Source of the DNA: Ophelia neglecta
Taxonomy: Eukaryota
Length of the DNA: 64,000 nt
Reading direction: 5' to 3'
Assembly (NCBI GenBank): GCA_965285935.1
Contig: OZ260661.1
Span: 136,896,001 to 136,960,000 of the forward strand
The notes below the pieces were generated by a model that worked only from the letters and a program-made list of their open reading frames with translations, did no database searches and was not told where the DNA came from. The position numbers and the translations under genes are program-made. Positions 37,491 to 50,724 of the stretch are shown one piece after another. Every line of letters starts with the position of its first letter. Position 1 is the stretch's first letter.

Positions 37491-39607
37491 GCCAACTGGG
37501 TCCCCTTAATGAAGGACTGTGTATTTCATAAGTACATTAGCCATTTATTTATATATATTTGTGAAAAATAAATGTTTTAGCGAAGGGGTTGATATAGCAT
37601 TTACCTCTTTCATTCACCTTTTGAGTTGTACAATTGTCACAAATATATCAAAATCACTGCAGCGTCATTTCTGCTACGGATTCAAATATGTTATGTTCCT
37701 CTCTGATCTCGATTCATTGAATTATATTATGCCAGATACGACTCTATTGCAGCAATTTAATTATGACCTTATAAAAAAAGCAGATTCTAGATTCTCCGCC
37801 ATAAAAGAATTGTTTAGAATCTCCAATGTGTCGATGCGGCCATTCTGACTTCTCAGCCTTGCCATCGCCAACGCAGTGGACCAGTGGTGTCTCATTCATA
37901 GATACAAATATTCAAATGGCCAAGGGTACATGACCTGTCATTTGTTTACAATTTGTTTTTATACTGGTTCCCAGCTAAAGCTGAAAAGTAATCTTTGGAG
38001 GTCTCCTGTTTCTAATTTCCCCAAAAAAAGTATTTACAATTTAATTGAATATCATGCAAATAGTATTGAAGTTAAAGGTTGACAAGCAACTTGTAAATTA
38101 CCTGTGGACGATCATTAGTCTGTGTTTGGCTCCTTAGTTAAGCTATCCCTCTAGTCCAATTTATATTTTTCCAAAGTTGACGATGAAATTACATTCCATC
38201 GTCAAGACCCTTTAGAAAGTACAAACAAACGTTTGATACGCTTGAAAAAAATCAAGGCTGGTCGTCAATTGTCCATGGCACTATCATGGAGGTGAATACA
38301 GAGAGCCAGTTTTTTCAGTTACTAAACCAGTACGACAGAATAAGCAAATGACAGCATTTACACAGGACTCATACGCAGCAAGAAAATGGATTATTTACAA
38401 TGTCCGATTTTGGTTTCAACCAGACTAGAGATACTAGTACTTTTTAGTTATGGTTTGAGAGCAAAAAAGTCCCTTTTACTGGCCATGGTGTTGTCGATGT
38501 TTATGCTTGGAGGATGAGCATAAGTTGGTAAAAAAAAACTAGGAATGTTCACCTTCATTTGGTAATGCTCCTATCCTTTTCAATATAAACTGCCGAATAA
38601 ATGTCATAGAAATCAAGACAGATATCTTGTCAGTATTTGATCAATAGTGGTTCTAAGCGTTGTAACAAATAACTTAGCCTGCTATTTCTTGTCGGATCAA
38701 TCCAGACGACCAGTCTGCTTTACTTTCTTGTAGTAATGAAATAATTTAAGTTTGTAAATGAATTAGCAATCCACCATACATTAAGAAGTAAATTCAATCT
38801 TTGTTTGCCCCTTTTAGTACTAACCATGCGTTAGGCTGTATCATTGGCATGTCTATACTTGTGTTTGTAGGAGAAAACCTTGTCCTCTTAAACCCTCAGA
38901 GCATTTCCTCAGACAAATGTGGCCAAAAACAAACGAGCACAAACTATGCCACCGTTTTCTTTTAACTTTCCTTTTCGCGGCGTGCTCTTGCGGTTTCAAA
39001 TTGCCTCATTTGCCAACATTTCGGCCAAAAGTCTAATCGCGGCTCAAAATATGGGTTCATAGAAATCCCTAAAGGCTTGGCCTACATTATCTCTGCGATG
39101 CAGAGTGAGTCGCAGGCCAATGTTTGGTGATGTTAGCATTATCGTCGGTCGAATAATATAGCAACCTGGAACCCCCTAGCTGTTATGTTATCTCAAGCAT
39201 ATGTTTTAGATTGTTCACGTGATTGAATGGTAAAAGACTCCTGATCTTAAAGCTTTTGGATATAAGGTAGGCTGAATATATTGGCCATTAAATTAATAAG
39301 CAGGACCGGTGTCTGGCGCGGTCAACTATCTCGGAACAACTCATATTTTTATCGACTGGCTGGGCGGGTCAGAAACAGTTATTTATTTTATACTTTCGAT
39401 AGTTATTTCAGGGGCCACCCGATATATTTTAATAAATAAGGCACAATATGCTGATGGATTATAAAAATGTTCTTCCATGAGTATATTACAAAAATTAAAT
39501 CTTTCCATCTTGTTTTTATCGCTGGTATTTGTTTTACAGCATTCCGAATCCTAGTGCTAATGGATTTCGTTCTTAGTCTGCCATGATAGGTGAACTGACC
39601 AGAGATT

Positions 39608-39789
39608 NNNNNNNNNNNNNNNNNNNNNNNNNNNNNNNNNNNNNNNNNNNNNNNNNNNNNNNNNNNNNNNNNNNNNNNNNNNNNNNNNNNNNNNNNNNNN
39701 NNNNNNNNNNNNNNNNNNNNNNNNNNNNNNNNNNNNNNNNNNNNNNNNNNNNNNNNNNNNNNNNNNNNNNNNNNNNNNNNNNNNNNNNN
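39608..39789. other. Assembly gap (182 N)
   Basis: Run of N. Confidence 1.
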
Positions 39790-40799
39790 CATCCTGTCTG
39801 ATCTCAATAAATACATTTATTATTGGAGAACACGTGTTTGGGAGTGTAATGTTGTCAGTAGATTCGTTGCAACTCATTTTTGACAGGAATCAGGGGATTG
39901 GGGAAGTTTTAAACTTGACTTCATAATGAAGGAATTGTTTGACAACCGATAACCTATTTATTAGTTATATCTGTGTCACCGGATAAGGCCGATACCTGTG
40001 AGCGGTTTATCTGGGGCCACGGATCGAGCAGCATCCAGGAGTTAATGAGGTCAGTGCGTATATTATTAGGACAACAGTAGGCCTATATTCAGGCAACGAA
40101 GCAGCAACGGAAAATGTTCTAAGGAATGTCCTTATTTATGTCATACATGGTTATGTTTAAACGGTTTTTGTTTTCTACTTTCCTTGTTTTTCCCGCAAAA
40201 CAGTTGATAGCGATGGTGCTATCTTCAGGTTTACTTCATCTATCATGTCAAAATGACTTGCATAGAATATGTGTGGTTGCTGCTGGAAGTTATAAGGTCA
40301 TGTCATAATAACATTGAGAATTTCTTACTGCCTATTAACTTAATGAGACGGTTCAATCATACTTTGTCGAATAGTGCAAATGGACGTCCATTGGAGATAT
40401 AATCTTCAATCAATTCGTCTCCCTTCGCATGCGTTTTTGTCGTTTTCTTGTTCGACTAATGTACGGACCATCACCTGAACATAACGAACAGTGACGTACA
40501 TCCACCGAGGCCTAAAGGCGTGGGATCACGCCCTCTTTAGTGTCATGAATTAGCCCAATTAATTTTTAACTTCCTTTAAGGGGGTTCAATAATTTTAGGT
40601 ATCAAATTTTTTTGGATAGGGTTTTTTAAAACTACTTGATAATACTTGAAAACACACTGAACAGAAAACTCACGCACGTACAAATTGGGGGCCCCATGCC
40701 ACTGATAAAGAACGGTAGAGATGTGTTAAGATTAATAGACTCAATTTGGTCATCTTTGCTCAAAATATGTCATAGGGAGGAGAGTTTATTTACCGTTAG

Positions 40800-41750
40800 T
40801 GGGCTGGGAATAAATGTTTGAGTGCCTGTGCTGCTGGTTCTTGATAACTTCGGCCATAATCTGTTCTTGATTATTGATATGTTTGGTATGCTTGGTAAAA
40901 AATTCTGCTCATATTTGCTCAGAAGCCTTAAACCACAACTTTTAAATTTAGGTTTTTTTCTGTCAATATTTGTATCTACCGGTTTTAAGCTGATGTACAA
41001 GCTTCCCTGCAAAATGTTTGCTTATATAAACATCATATAAATCAGGAACTTTTTTACAAGCAGGATATTTTGTGAACATGTTCTACAGTTGATTTAATTT
41101 CTGAGTTAGACTATCATCTGGTCCACTACTGACTTTCCTCACTAATATAAGAGACGAAATGCCATGTCAGAAAAATATCATGACGCAAGAATGGCCAACT
41201 CTCCTACTATGTAGTGTATATGCAGTTTTGCACATATTGGAAACATGTCTCTAAGATCGTAAGCAGCATTAAACATCACGTCTCGTGGTGTCTCGAGCTG
41301 CTATCAAAGCACCTGTCGTCGACAACCAAGCTACATGGGAATAGGGTCATATTAGCCTCGGGCAAACTGAAATGTTAGTATCAACAGGCAATTAGATATC
41401 CGGATAACAACTTAATCAAGCCGGAGTAATCGAATAACATCCTCGAAATTACCCGACACGTAAACACGAATACAGGTGTTGCCGGCCTTGCATATTGATC
41501 TCAAAATGTAGCGCAAAATTAGCAAGTAATGACTTCTGGAGGTATTCGACAGTAATGACCTTTGGGGTAAATGGATATTTGTACTTTGGCCTACATGCCC
41601 GCAGTGGCTGCGTGTAAAGGCTATTGCTGTTACAAACCCCGCACCCTCAGATGCTAATAACTCTAATGTATTTTGTATTGATTTTTGCCATAAGTCGATT
41701 CTTCGTCTATTTGTCAAAAAACATTGTAGGAAGTCCTGACTTAGCAAATA
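40800..41750 (-). pseudogene. Degenerate RTEX-like ORF2 C-terminal fragment
   Basis: LRYILRSICKAGN..HQLKTGRY/NIDRKKPKFKSC..YEQNFL resembles KxILG..KASN..HxLxIETGRY..RxCxxC..DExHFL. Confidence 0.4.
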
Positions 41751-42396
41751 ACAATGTTATAAGTTCCACATAACAAAGAACATGTATGAATCAAAAATCA
41801 AATGTCGACTTCCAAGTTACCCCTGTTCACTTAATTTTAGCTTAAAGTAATTTAGGATAGCACCAAAGAGGCGTATTAAATACCTTTTTCCATGGTGATC
41901 CTTCTTAATACACAGCTAAAAATTACAGCCAATATAATTATGACATACAAACCGGAAATTTTAAAAAGACAGTTAGCCATTGAATTAAAAGTAAGAACAT
42001 AGTTTTACCTATTGGATTAGATTTTGGCTTCCATGAACAAAGCAAATTTGTTTACCAAGCTAGTTTGTTCCATTTAATCGGCCCGAAATCATTTGGACAT
42101 GTCGCATACAAGGCCACAAAAATACTTTCGAAATGACTTTATATATGTAAACAAAGTTTTAATGTGATTTGGAATAATAAAAATCACTCTGATATCATCT
42201 GGAATGGACGTGCATGGGGGATCAGAGAATCTAGATGAAACATTCCCTAGGAATGTCCGGGCATTTTGGTTTTAGATCTGAGTGGTTATCACGTTTTATT
42301 TCCCTGGAATTTGTACGGACTTGTAGTAGTGAAAAACCTACCGTTCCTGCGCTTAGTTACGTCATTGATTTTTATTCTCCAACATATAAAGCGAGG

Positions 42397-42635
42397 TATT
42401 TTAATTAATTAAGAATAGTTCTAAGCGAATCAATTTATTCTCGAAACACGTTCTTGTCCCTAGTTTACACTTTAACAAGGTTTTCAGTACATCCCTTTTG
42501 CTGGGGTCAATCATCTTATTTTAATTAATTAATAGTAGGTCTAAGCGAACCAATTTATTCTCGAAACACGTTCTAGTCCCTAGTTCACACTTTAACAAGG
42601 TTTTCAGTACATCCCTTTTGCTGGGGTCAATCATC
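42397..42635. repeat. Tandem duplication, 2 x 120 bp
   Basis: 42397-42515 and 42517-42635 differ at only a few positions. Confidence 0.95.
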
Positions 42636-43510
42636 GGATAACATAGATAAAAGTGTGCGGGACTTCATCAGTATAATTATCATTAGGTTTCCAGTCACTA
42701 TGGCCCTTAAATAACAATGATTAAAGCGACTTGCTCCACAGGATCTCCGAGGTTTTATTATGAGTAATGGATTGATTTTGGGGCTTGATCCGTAAAATCA
42801 CTACATTCTCAAGTGTATTAGAGGTATAAAGGGCCCTTATGCGACTGCGAGCCTGATAACATACAAAGTGGCAATCTTGGAAACGTGTTGGAAACATCAA
42901 CAAATTTTCCAGGTATCCAATGTTAAAACAAATCATCGAGTCCCTTTTCCCAGGCCTGTGTATTATGGCAGCACGACATTATAAGCCAAATATACGCGAA
43001 TAGTAGCCCAACAAGATCTATAATAATTTATTATGCCCAAAGCGCATATATATTTGAATCTATGAGCATCTTCATATATTGAGCAGTGCTTATTATAGGT
43101 ACAACGTATGGCATCACAGGAAGGCAAAGTTTGATAATCTCCTATCGCAAAAATATTCACTGTTAACCTTGTTGAGTCTGTTTGGTCGAAGCACGGTGTC
43201 TGTTACTAGGCTTGGCTATATAACGCTAATCTAGACAAGTGAACAGGTTAAGACGACATTTTTAACCACACGCTTCAAATACTGCTTTTGGACCTGAGTT
43301 TTATGCCTACCATTAACGTTACTCAATATTCATTTTGGAAACAAAATATCGCCTCACAGATAAAAAATTGATTTCCACAGAGGTGATAACATACTTCCTT
43401 GTTTGTCGACTCAAAATTAGTTAATGATTGATAATTGTAATCTCAATATTTGAATCAGACGCTAATGCAAGCATTCATTAATAATATCACTAATTGGAGT
43501 AGTATTTTAC

Positions 43511-43624
43511 CTCTATGTGACGCAGCGGCGCTCTTGGGTAGGCCCCCTTCAGAAGAACCATTGGGAATATAACAGCGACAATTAGCGAAGTCAGGCGAGT
43601 CGTAATCATGATCCCACCCACCAT
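43511..43624 (-). CDS. Tentative first coding exon with a signal-peptide-like sequence
   Basis: Acceptor CATACAG| at 43643, ATG at 43624, MVGGIMITTRLTSLIVAVIFPMVLLKGAYPRAPLRHIE, donor GAG|GTAAAA at 43511. No downstream exon identified. Confidence 0.3.
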
Positions 43625-44739
43625 CCAAATTATGGCATTCTACCTGTATGCGTAATGAGATTTGCTTCATGGGTCGATCATGATATCTTGTTAGAGTAGC
43701 TTTCTAGAGAGCTTGATATCTATAGACAAGGTTATGGACGTGTTGCCTGTGGTGACCTTGCATGGAAGCTGTAAAAATTAAATAATCGCAGGCTCTTATA
43801 ACTTGTGTGGGCGGGGGACCTAAGAATACAAAAAGAATAAACCGAATGACATCCCTCGTTTTGTCCAATAAGTCAAAGTGTTCTTTTGGCTTTTTCCTGT
43901 TCAGTAAAATGACTATGATGCAAACCTCAGATGCATTGAATTAAATAATAACTTTGGGGAGGAAAAGTACGTTAATTGTATCTTAAATTAATTGCTTAAA
44001 GGCTATCAGAGACTTATCAATTGCCTAGCCCATCTTAGGTGGCGGATACGGAGATGAAATATCGAATATGGTGTACAGACATAGCTAGTACCAATCGCGC
44101 ATGTATTTTCAAATGGTTCGATTTGAAATATTTTAATAGTAGTGTAGACGTTCGTCGAAGGGAATCTTTTAGGGCGCCCCCCCCCCCCCATGGAAATATA
44201 AAGATTTTCCCTTACACAGAAGTACGCCTTAACGATTAAGTTATTTGCAGGAGATATCAACATCTATTTATTGGTTGTATTGTATTTATTTTAATGAACT
44301 TATTTCATTTTGAGTACTTTCATCTTGCTCGTCAACTTGATTATATCTTGTCAGAATGCCTAATAGACTTGGGGGGCGAGGTGGTAATGGACATTACCGC
44401 AATTAATGGGCTTCATTGGGTAGCAGCAGAAGAGAAGGCAGCAACAAATTATATAATGCTTTTACACATCCAGACATGTTGTTATTGGCCTATTTCAGTC
44501 ATCAAATGCAAGCGAACGTAGACTACATGGCTAGTAAGAAATCGATAAAATATTGGTGCGTGTGTTTCGTCCTGGATACAAAATCAAATTACTGTGTACT
44601 TTTATGTTTCTTCATGTCTCCACTAGGTCGAGCAAAAAAAAATGAAGCCCCTTGACTTTAAAAGAGCCTCCTGCATCTGATTTGAATAAGTTATTCCTTA
44701 CTCAATCGACTGAAGTAACACGCGATGTGATTTTTTGCA

Positions 44740-45030
44740 TGATTAAGCCAATATATTGTTAGATTCGTCGTGCCCTCGAGAAGTAAGAATTCTTTGACCA
44801 TTCGTAGTTATGTGACTTCTGGTGCATCTAATCAGTACCAGAAGACACCGGGCTAGATTATAGCTCCCATGACAGCTTTATCACGTATACATAGCATTTG
44901 GAATCACAGATTTAACAAATGAGACCAAGTAGCATGTTTTTAGAAAAGGTTTGATATAAGTATCGCGAATTAATATGTTAGTTTATCGAATCAAAATTCT
45001 ATATAGCTCTATCGACTTGTTAGTTTATAC
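44740..45030 (+). repeat. Diverged dispersed repeat, copy 1 (copy 2 at ~47985-48260)
   Basis: Colinear blocks TTCGTAG..CTTCTGGTG..AATCAG..TGACAGCT..TAAGTAT..TGTTAGTTTAT at a ~3240-bp offset. Confidence 0.7.
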
Positions 45031-48000
45031 CATATAAGTGTTCAACAGACCAAACATATATGTGTGAAATGCCTTTTTCTTGCAACAGCGTGCATGATTA
45101 TAGCGAATGTAAATGACGTCATCATAATCGTTGTACTTTTTGTAATACATTGAAACAAGTCAAGGATGTGTACAAGACGGGCCCGGGCATAGGAATTTTA
45201 CCTTAGGCCAAAATTATGTATGTCACTGCATTTTAAATAGGTACACTTATACAAGTGGTCTAGAAGAGGTAAAGATGTGATTTAAAACATTAAATTGGCC
45301 CAGCCACCAAAATCTATTCCTCGAAGTAAATTCTTTCTCTAGCTTACATTTTAACAATATGTTCTGCTCATCCCTTATAGCTATGAAGGATCAATTACAG
45401 GCAAGCACGAGGGTTTATAGATAAATGGAGCAGGACTCAATGTGTGTAAATGACCGTTACATGTTTGTATAGCCCAAGACTGCATTGAATAAAGAGACTT
45501 CCTTAAATAATCAAAGTGATTGTATCACGAGTGCCTATTTTATAAAGGGACTCGATCCCTAGGATCATCACATTCCTTTAGGTGTATTAGATCTATAAAA
45601 AGCCTAAATTCAAACTATTAGCACTCTCTCCCATGTGTTTTTGTAGAAGTAGGCTTGCATCATCAATTACTAGTGACTTAATGCTGGTTATTTCTCGGTG
45701 AAATATGTACCAACAGGAGGTTTGTGGAAGTATTCCTGGGACTGCGATGCCCGATAACATCCAGAGTGGTGATCTTAATAAATTAATCTGGAAATCATTG
45801 TCACTAAGGTCATGTAATGCTTTCCAGTCATTTGAGTGTTATACACTAAATTTTTCACTAAATCGAGCCACTGTTCCAGGCCCGTTTGTTATATAAACAC
45901 CTAGTTATAAACAAATAAGTAAGTGCTGGAAAACAAACATGCTCGTATATAGTAGCAATCATGTATAATGATAAATTTTATTAAACCCAAAAGGCACCTA
46001 CAAGTAAACCTATAGTCATTTTGATTTATATTATAGCTGCAGATGGTTTCAACAAGTACTAATGATACGAGCATCACGCCTGATTTTTGGCATTAATACG
46101 TTATAAGAGCGCTTTTTAATCTCATAAGAGAGACATGTTCATTGTCAATGCTGTAGAGCTGGTTCGGGCAAAGCTAGGTGCCTTTCACTTACTTTGGCTT
46201 TGTTGCGCGTGGATCAATGAAATAATAAGGTTAGTGGACAAACCAGAACCACGCAATGTCATAGCCGATCCTGGTTCTGAACATTAAGTCTTGCTATTTA
46301 AGTCATTCAATATTTAGTTCGGTAACATAATCGATCTCGATCCGAACAAATTTTAACATTTTATTGTGAGATGTAATAATAGTTGTGAATATTATACTCA
46401 AAGATATAAACGAGTTGTCTTTATATTTGGGCGCCGTTATTTATTTAAACAGGCGTACTGGAACACTAGTTTGCTCATGTGTTTGCTAAACAATGTTTTC
46501 GGGCCTGTTCAAAATTTTCCCTACTAATTTTTACACGACAATATTGTCTTATATCAATTCGGTCATGTCTGACTATTTCAAACCAATCATTCAGGTCTGA
46601 CCTGCACATGCGTTAATACTTAATAATAGGGGCGCCTCTAAATAAAATATGTTATTATCGATTTTTTGCGAGTAGCATAATTTCGAAAACAATATATCAT
46701 CATATAGACGCATCTGAGCAATATAGGGAGCGATGGTAAGACGGGCATTATGGGCAAATTGCATGCATGGAATTATTCTACTCCCGTATATACCCTAAAT
46801 GAAAGTAACGTACACTTATACTTTTGTTATCATGAACGCTTCGATAATTAAACTCATTTATATTAGTCTCGTGAGGTATCGCCGCTCACACAAGGAAGAA
46901 CGTTATTTAGCTTCCAGTTTGAAGTAGGTCGGAGGCCGTCCTTCCAGTCATATGAACACACATGCCAAGATTTAGCCAATTACTCCCTGTAGGTGAGCAT
47001 CGAATTATTTATAGCATGGGTTAGACACTTACAAAGTATTTGGTAATCAATGGGCTAACCGAGATTACTTTAAACCTTAGGAATATCAAAATATGCTATA
47101 ACAGACTATATTCAAATATTGGTTTCCCTTTCATTGATTTTACTACTTCATCAGTTCACCATGCATACTGTATGTCAACAATCGTCCGCCCAATATGTCA
47201 CTGTGTAGGTAATCTTCATTTACCTGTAACAGCGGTGTTTGGCTGCCTTGTTGGCGTATGCACACAGTAAAACAGTACAATATCCGAAATAATATAAATG
47301 GGAACTTTCGATGCTGAACTCCTGACAGAAAATGATGATATAGAAGTGATCAAGCCTACTGTACCTCCAATATATATTAGCCTTATGCTGACAAAATGTT
47401 TGCTGGTGTTTTGATAATCTTAGCATTTCACTTGCCAGAGAGATATACGTGAATGCATGTATGAATTCTTCAATGATGCTGAGTTCCTTTTCATCAGTAC
47501 CGATGTCCGTGCCGTGGCCCAGATAAAGTACTTCCTTGCCAACTAGCTACGCCTGACCACCCGAATACAAAGTTATGCATGACTGCCCGAATTAAGTGAT
47601 TGCTGAGAGAGCACTGGTCATTTAACAAAGGATTGGTGTGAGGTGTGCCTACCTGAGCCAGTCCGGGCAGATATGCTGCTAATTGAAATGACAGCATACT
47701 TGTTGGAAGTACAGCTTTACCAAGTCATATGGCACAGGTGTATTGACTAAAGATTGCATAACCATCATGTATACATCCAGACAAGTTGCAATTTGTCCAG
47801 TGATGCCATCGACTGCAAACGAATATAAGCAAGGTTTGTAGAAGAAAATCGATACAACCTTAGCCTAAGTATTTATTGTTATGTTTCGTAACATAATAAA
47901 GTCGGGATATTAAAACCCTGTTGGGCTAAAACTATGTCCTTTGCCTTTGAAGATTCTAAATAAACGCTTAATCGATTCTCTGCAATCAAGGCCCAATTGG

Positions 48001-50258
48001 ATAAGTCGTGCAAACGACAAGGGAGATACTTTTATAATATTTCGTAGATGTGCGGCTTCTGGTGTGTCAAATCAGACATTAAAATAGGGCCCAAGTTGTT
48101 TCCCTTGACAGCTGTATTACTTATACTTACAGCTCATTGGGAATTATACTTTAAACTAATAAGAACAAGGTACATGCCTTTAGAGATGGATATATTAAGT
48201 ATAAAGAATCTGTGTTAGTTTATTTATGAAGAGTCCCTGTTAATCGAGTTGAGTTTAGCAGCTCTCTTTGAAGGAATTTAAAGGGTATAAACGAGTTAAT
48301 TGTATTGACAAAAAGTAATCCGCAATATAAAATATTCATCCGCTCGGCTAGTTTCTAGAAGGACCATGTATTAGTTAGGCTGTATATATCAGACGGGATA
48401 GTTGACTTGTGGCTCAGCTGATTATATACTTGAAAACAATGTTTTGGTATCTGAATCACCCAATGCTTATAAAAAAAAAATTATAGATTAACATGCTTCA
48501 TCCAAAAATCTTTTTGTGCAATATGACTCCATTCACTTTTCTTTGCAAATTGCGTCTTAAGATATTGAATAGATTGTTTTTAAACTTGTTTAATCAATCA
48601 GTATTTCAAACAAGTAAGGCAAATGATTTACATTAACAAAATAGCATACTTGTTTACCGACCGAACACTGATTTCTACTAATAACGAAAACTCCAAGGTT
48701 ATCAATTAAGTCAGACGGTCTTTCATGTTTAGCAAATAAATCTGATCTGTTTCTCACTTAATAATATGATACAATTAATTTTCTTTCAGGTCTGGACTAA
48801 CAAAGACTGTATGCGCATTTACTGATGAACTAATATAGTCATTGTTTCAATTTAATTTATATAATTCATAGAGTAGACATGTGAATTTAGGCAGAAACTG
48901 AGCACACTTCATTACTCGTTTTATTCATTCAATGGAAGAAATAGTAGCAGTGTTGTATGCATGAGAAATCATTAAATTTGGATACCATGATGGATTGCTA
49001 GATTAAGGGTCGCTTCTTGTACATATATTTATTGATAATAACGTGCTTTCCTAGGATCTACGAGTTTTCTTCAGGATGATGAGATCTGGCAAGCCGGTTG
49101 AACAAGCATGTTTAAATTGAGAGCTTTTAAATAATGAGACATTTGTGCATTAAGTAACAATGCGTATGATTAATTATAGTAATTTTGAATGGTATATCCG
49201 ATACAAAACAAGTTTTTCCTATCATTATCGGCGACACAGTTGATTCCCTTTTTTAAGGGTATTTGATTTGATAGCTTTTACCAGGACATCCTACCAATGT
49301 CCCATCCCTCAACTGGACATTTCCTTCCTGGCAGAATAATGCCCATCGTAGAAGAAAGAGGCTAGGTATCACTTAGTATCCGGCGACCTTTGAGTCATCT
49401 TATCAATGCGTACGTGTTCCTTCGCCTATCTTTATCAAAAAAATTGCAATGACCAATTTAAGCATAATATTCGGATCTCTACCACTTAACTAACAACCAA
49501 TTTGATGTTCAGGGCTGCCTAAAATATTATTAAGTGCGGGTTCCATTTATTTTCACATCTGGCAAACTGTATTATAAGCGAATCGCCACCTCTTCCTACT
49601 CTCATTCAGGCTACTTCAAAGCACTTCCCTGGGTAATGTGTTAAGCTTACATTTTGCTCTGATGCTGGAACAAATGTACAATAAAAACCAAAAGTGCTCC
49701 TCGTGGTCCTATAAGAATATAATTTACGACGCTTCTGAATCGAATGTGGTGCGGAATTGGATCATTATAGTTCGTGGCCCGGCAACAGTCGGCCTTTGAT
49801 GCATTTTGTGCGATTCAACGGATTAATGCATAACCTTTTTTTTTTAGCTCCCTTTATATTTTCCCTAATTGCTTTGTTTTCATGGCATGAATATACATGC
49901 TTTATTGTCAAGGCAATACATCCTCAGACCAAATTGATGTGTCTTTTAATAAAATAGAAGTGTGAACAGAGGGTCAATTAGCTGTTTGTTGTTTTGAGGA
50001 AATGACTTGATCTCCATTTACTAGTGATGTATTGTAGGCAAGTGTTGTAGAAAGGGCAATCGTGGGGAATGTTCATCCTCGGATAGGCCTACGCTCCCCT
50101 GTCTGACAATGGCCTAACGAACTCATCTAAAACAGTGACGCCTCGGTCACTATTGGCCCAGCAATATAAGTAAGACTGTTCACCCAAAAAGCCTCTCGTC
50201 ATAAGATAATGGGAAGCAGACGGACTCGTCTTCTACGACGGAGTTATATCTGGTCCAT

Positions 50259-50724
50259 AGACAAAAAGGACTGGATCCCCTGCAGACAAAGCCAATTCAT
50301 GATTCAAAAAGACAAAAAGGCACTGGATCCGCTGCAGACAAAGCCAATTCATGATTCAAGAAGACAAAAAGGACTGGATCCGCTGCAGACAAAGCCAATT
50401 CATGATTCAAGAAGACAAAAAGGCACTGGATCCGCTGCAGACAAAGCCAATTCATGATTCGAGGAGACAAAAAGGGACTGGATTCGCTGCAGATAAAGCC
50501 AATTCATGATTCAAGAAGACAAAAAGGGCTGGATCCGCTGCAGACAAAGCCAATTCATGATTCGAGAAGACAAAAAGGCACTGGATCCCCTGCAGACAAA
50601 GCCAATTCATGATTCGAGAAGACAAAAAAGGGACTGGATCCCCTGCAGACAAAGCCAATTCATGATTCAAGAAGACAAAAAAGGACTGGATCTGCTGCAG
50701 ACAAAGCCAATTCATAATTCGAGA
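50259..50724. repeat. Minisatellite, 9 copies of a 51-53 bp unit
   Basis: Unit AGACAAAAAGG(C/G)ACTGGATCC(C/G)CTGCAGACAAAGCCAATTCATGATTC(A/G)AGA, head-to-tail with no spacers. Confidence 0.97.

Noticed and set aside
39403-39877. ORFs containing X runs
   Set aside because: Artefacts of translating across the N gap.
47150-47830. Gypsy-like (LARKYFIW, EVLYLGH) or cadherin-like (FAVDGITGQI) words on -
   Set aside because: The motifs lie in conflicting frames with wrong spacing and cannot be assigned by eye.
50259-50724. CRISPR-like array
   Set aside because: Units are contiguous with no unique spacers, there are no cas genes, and the context is eukaryotic.
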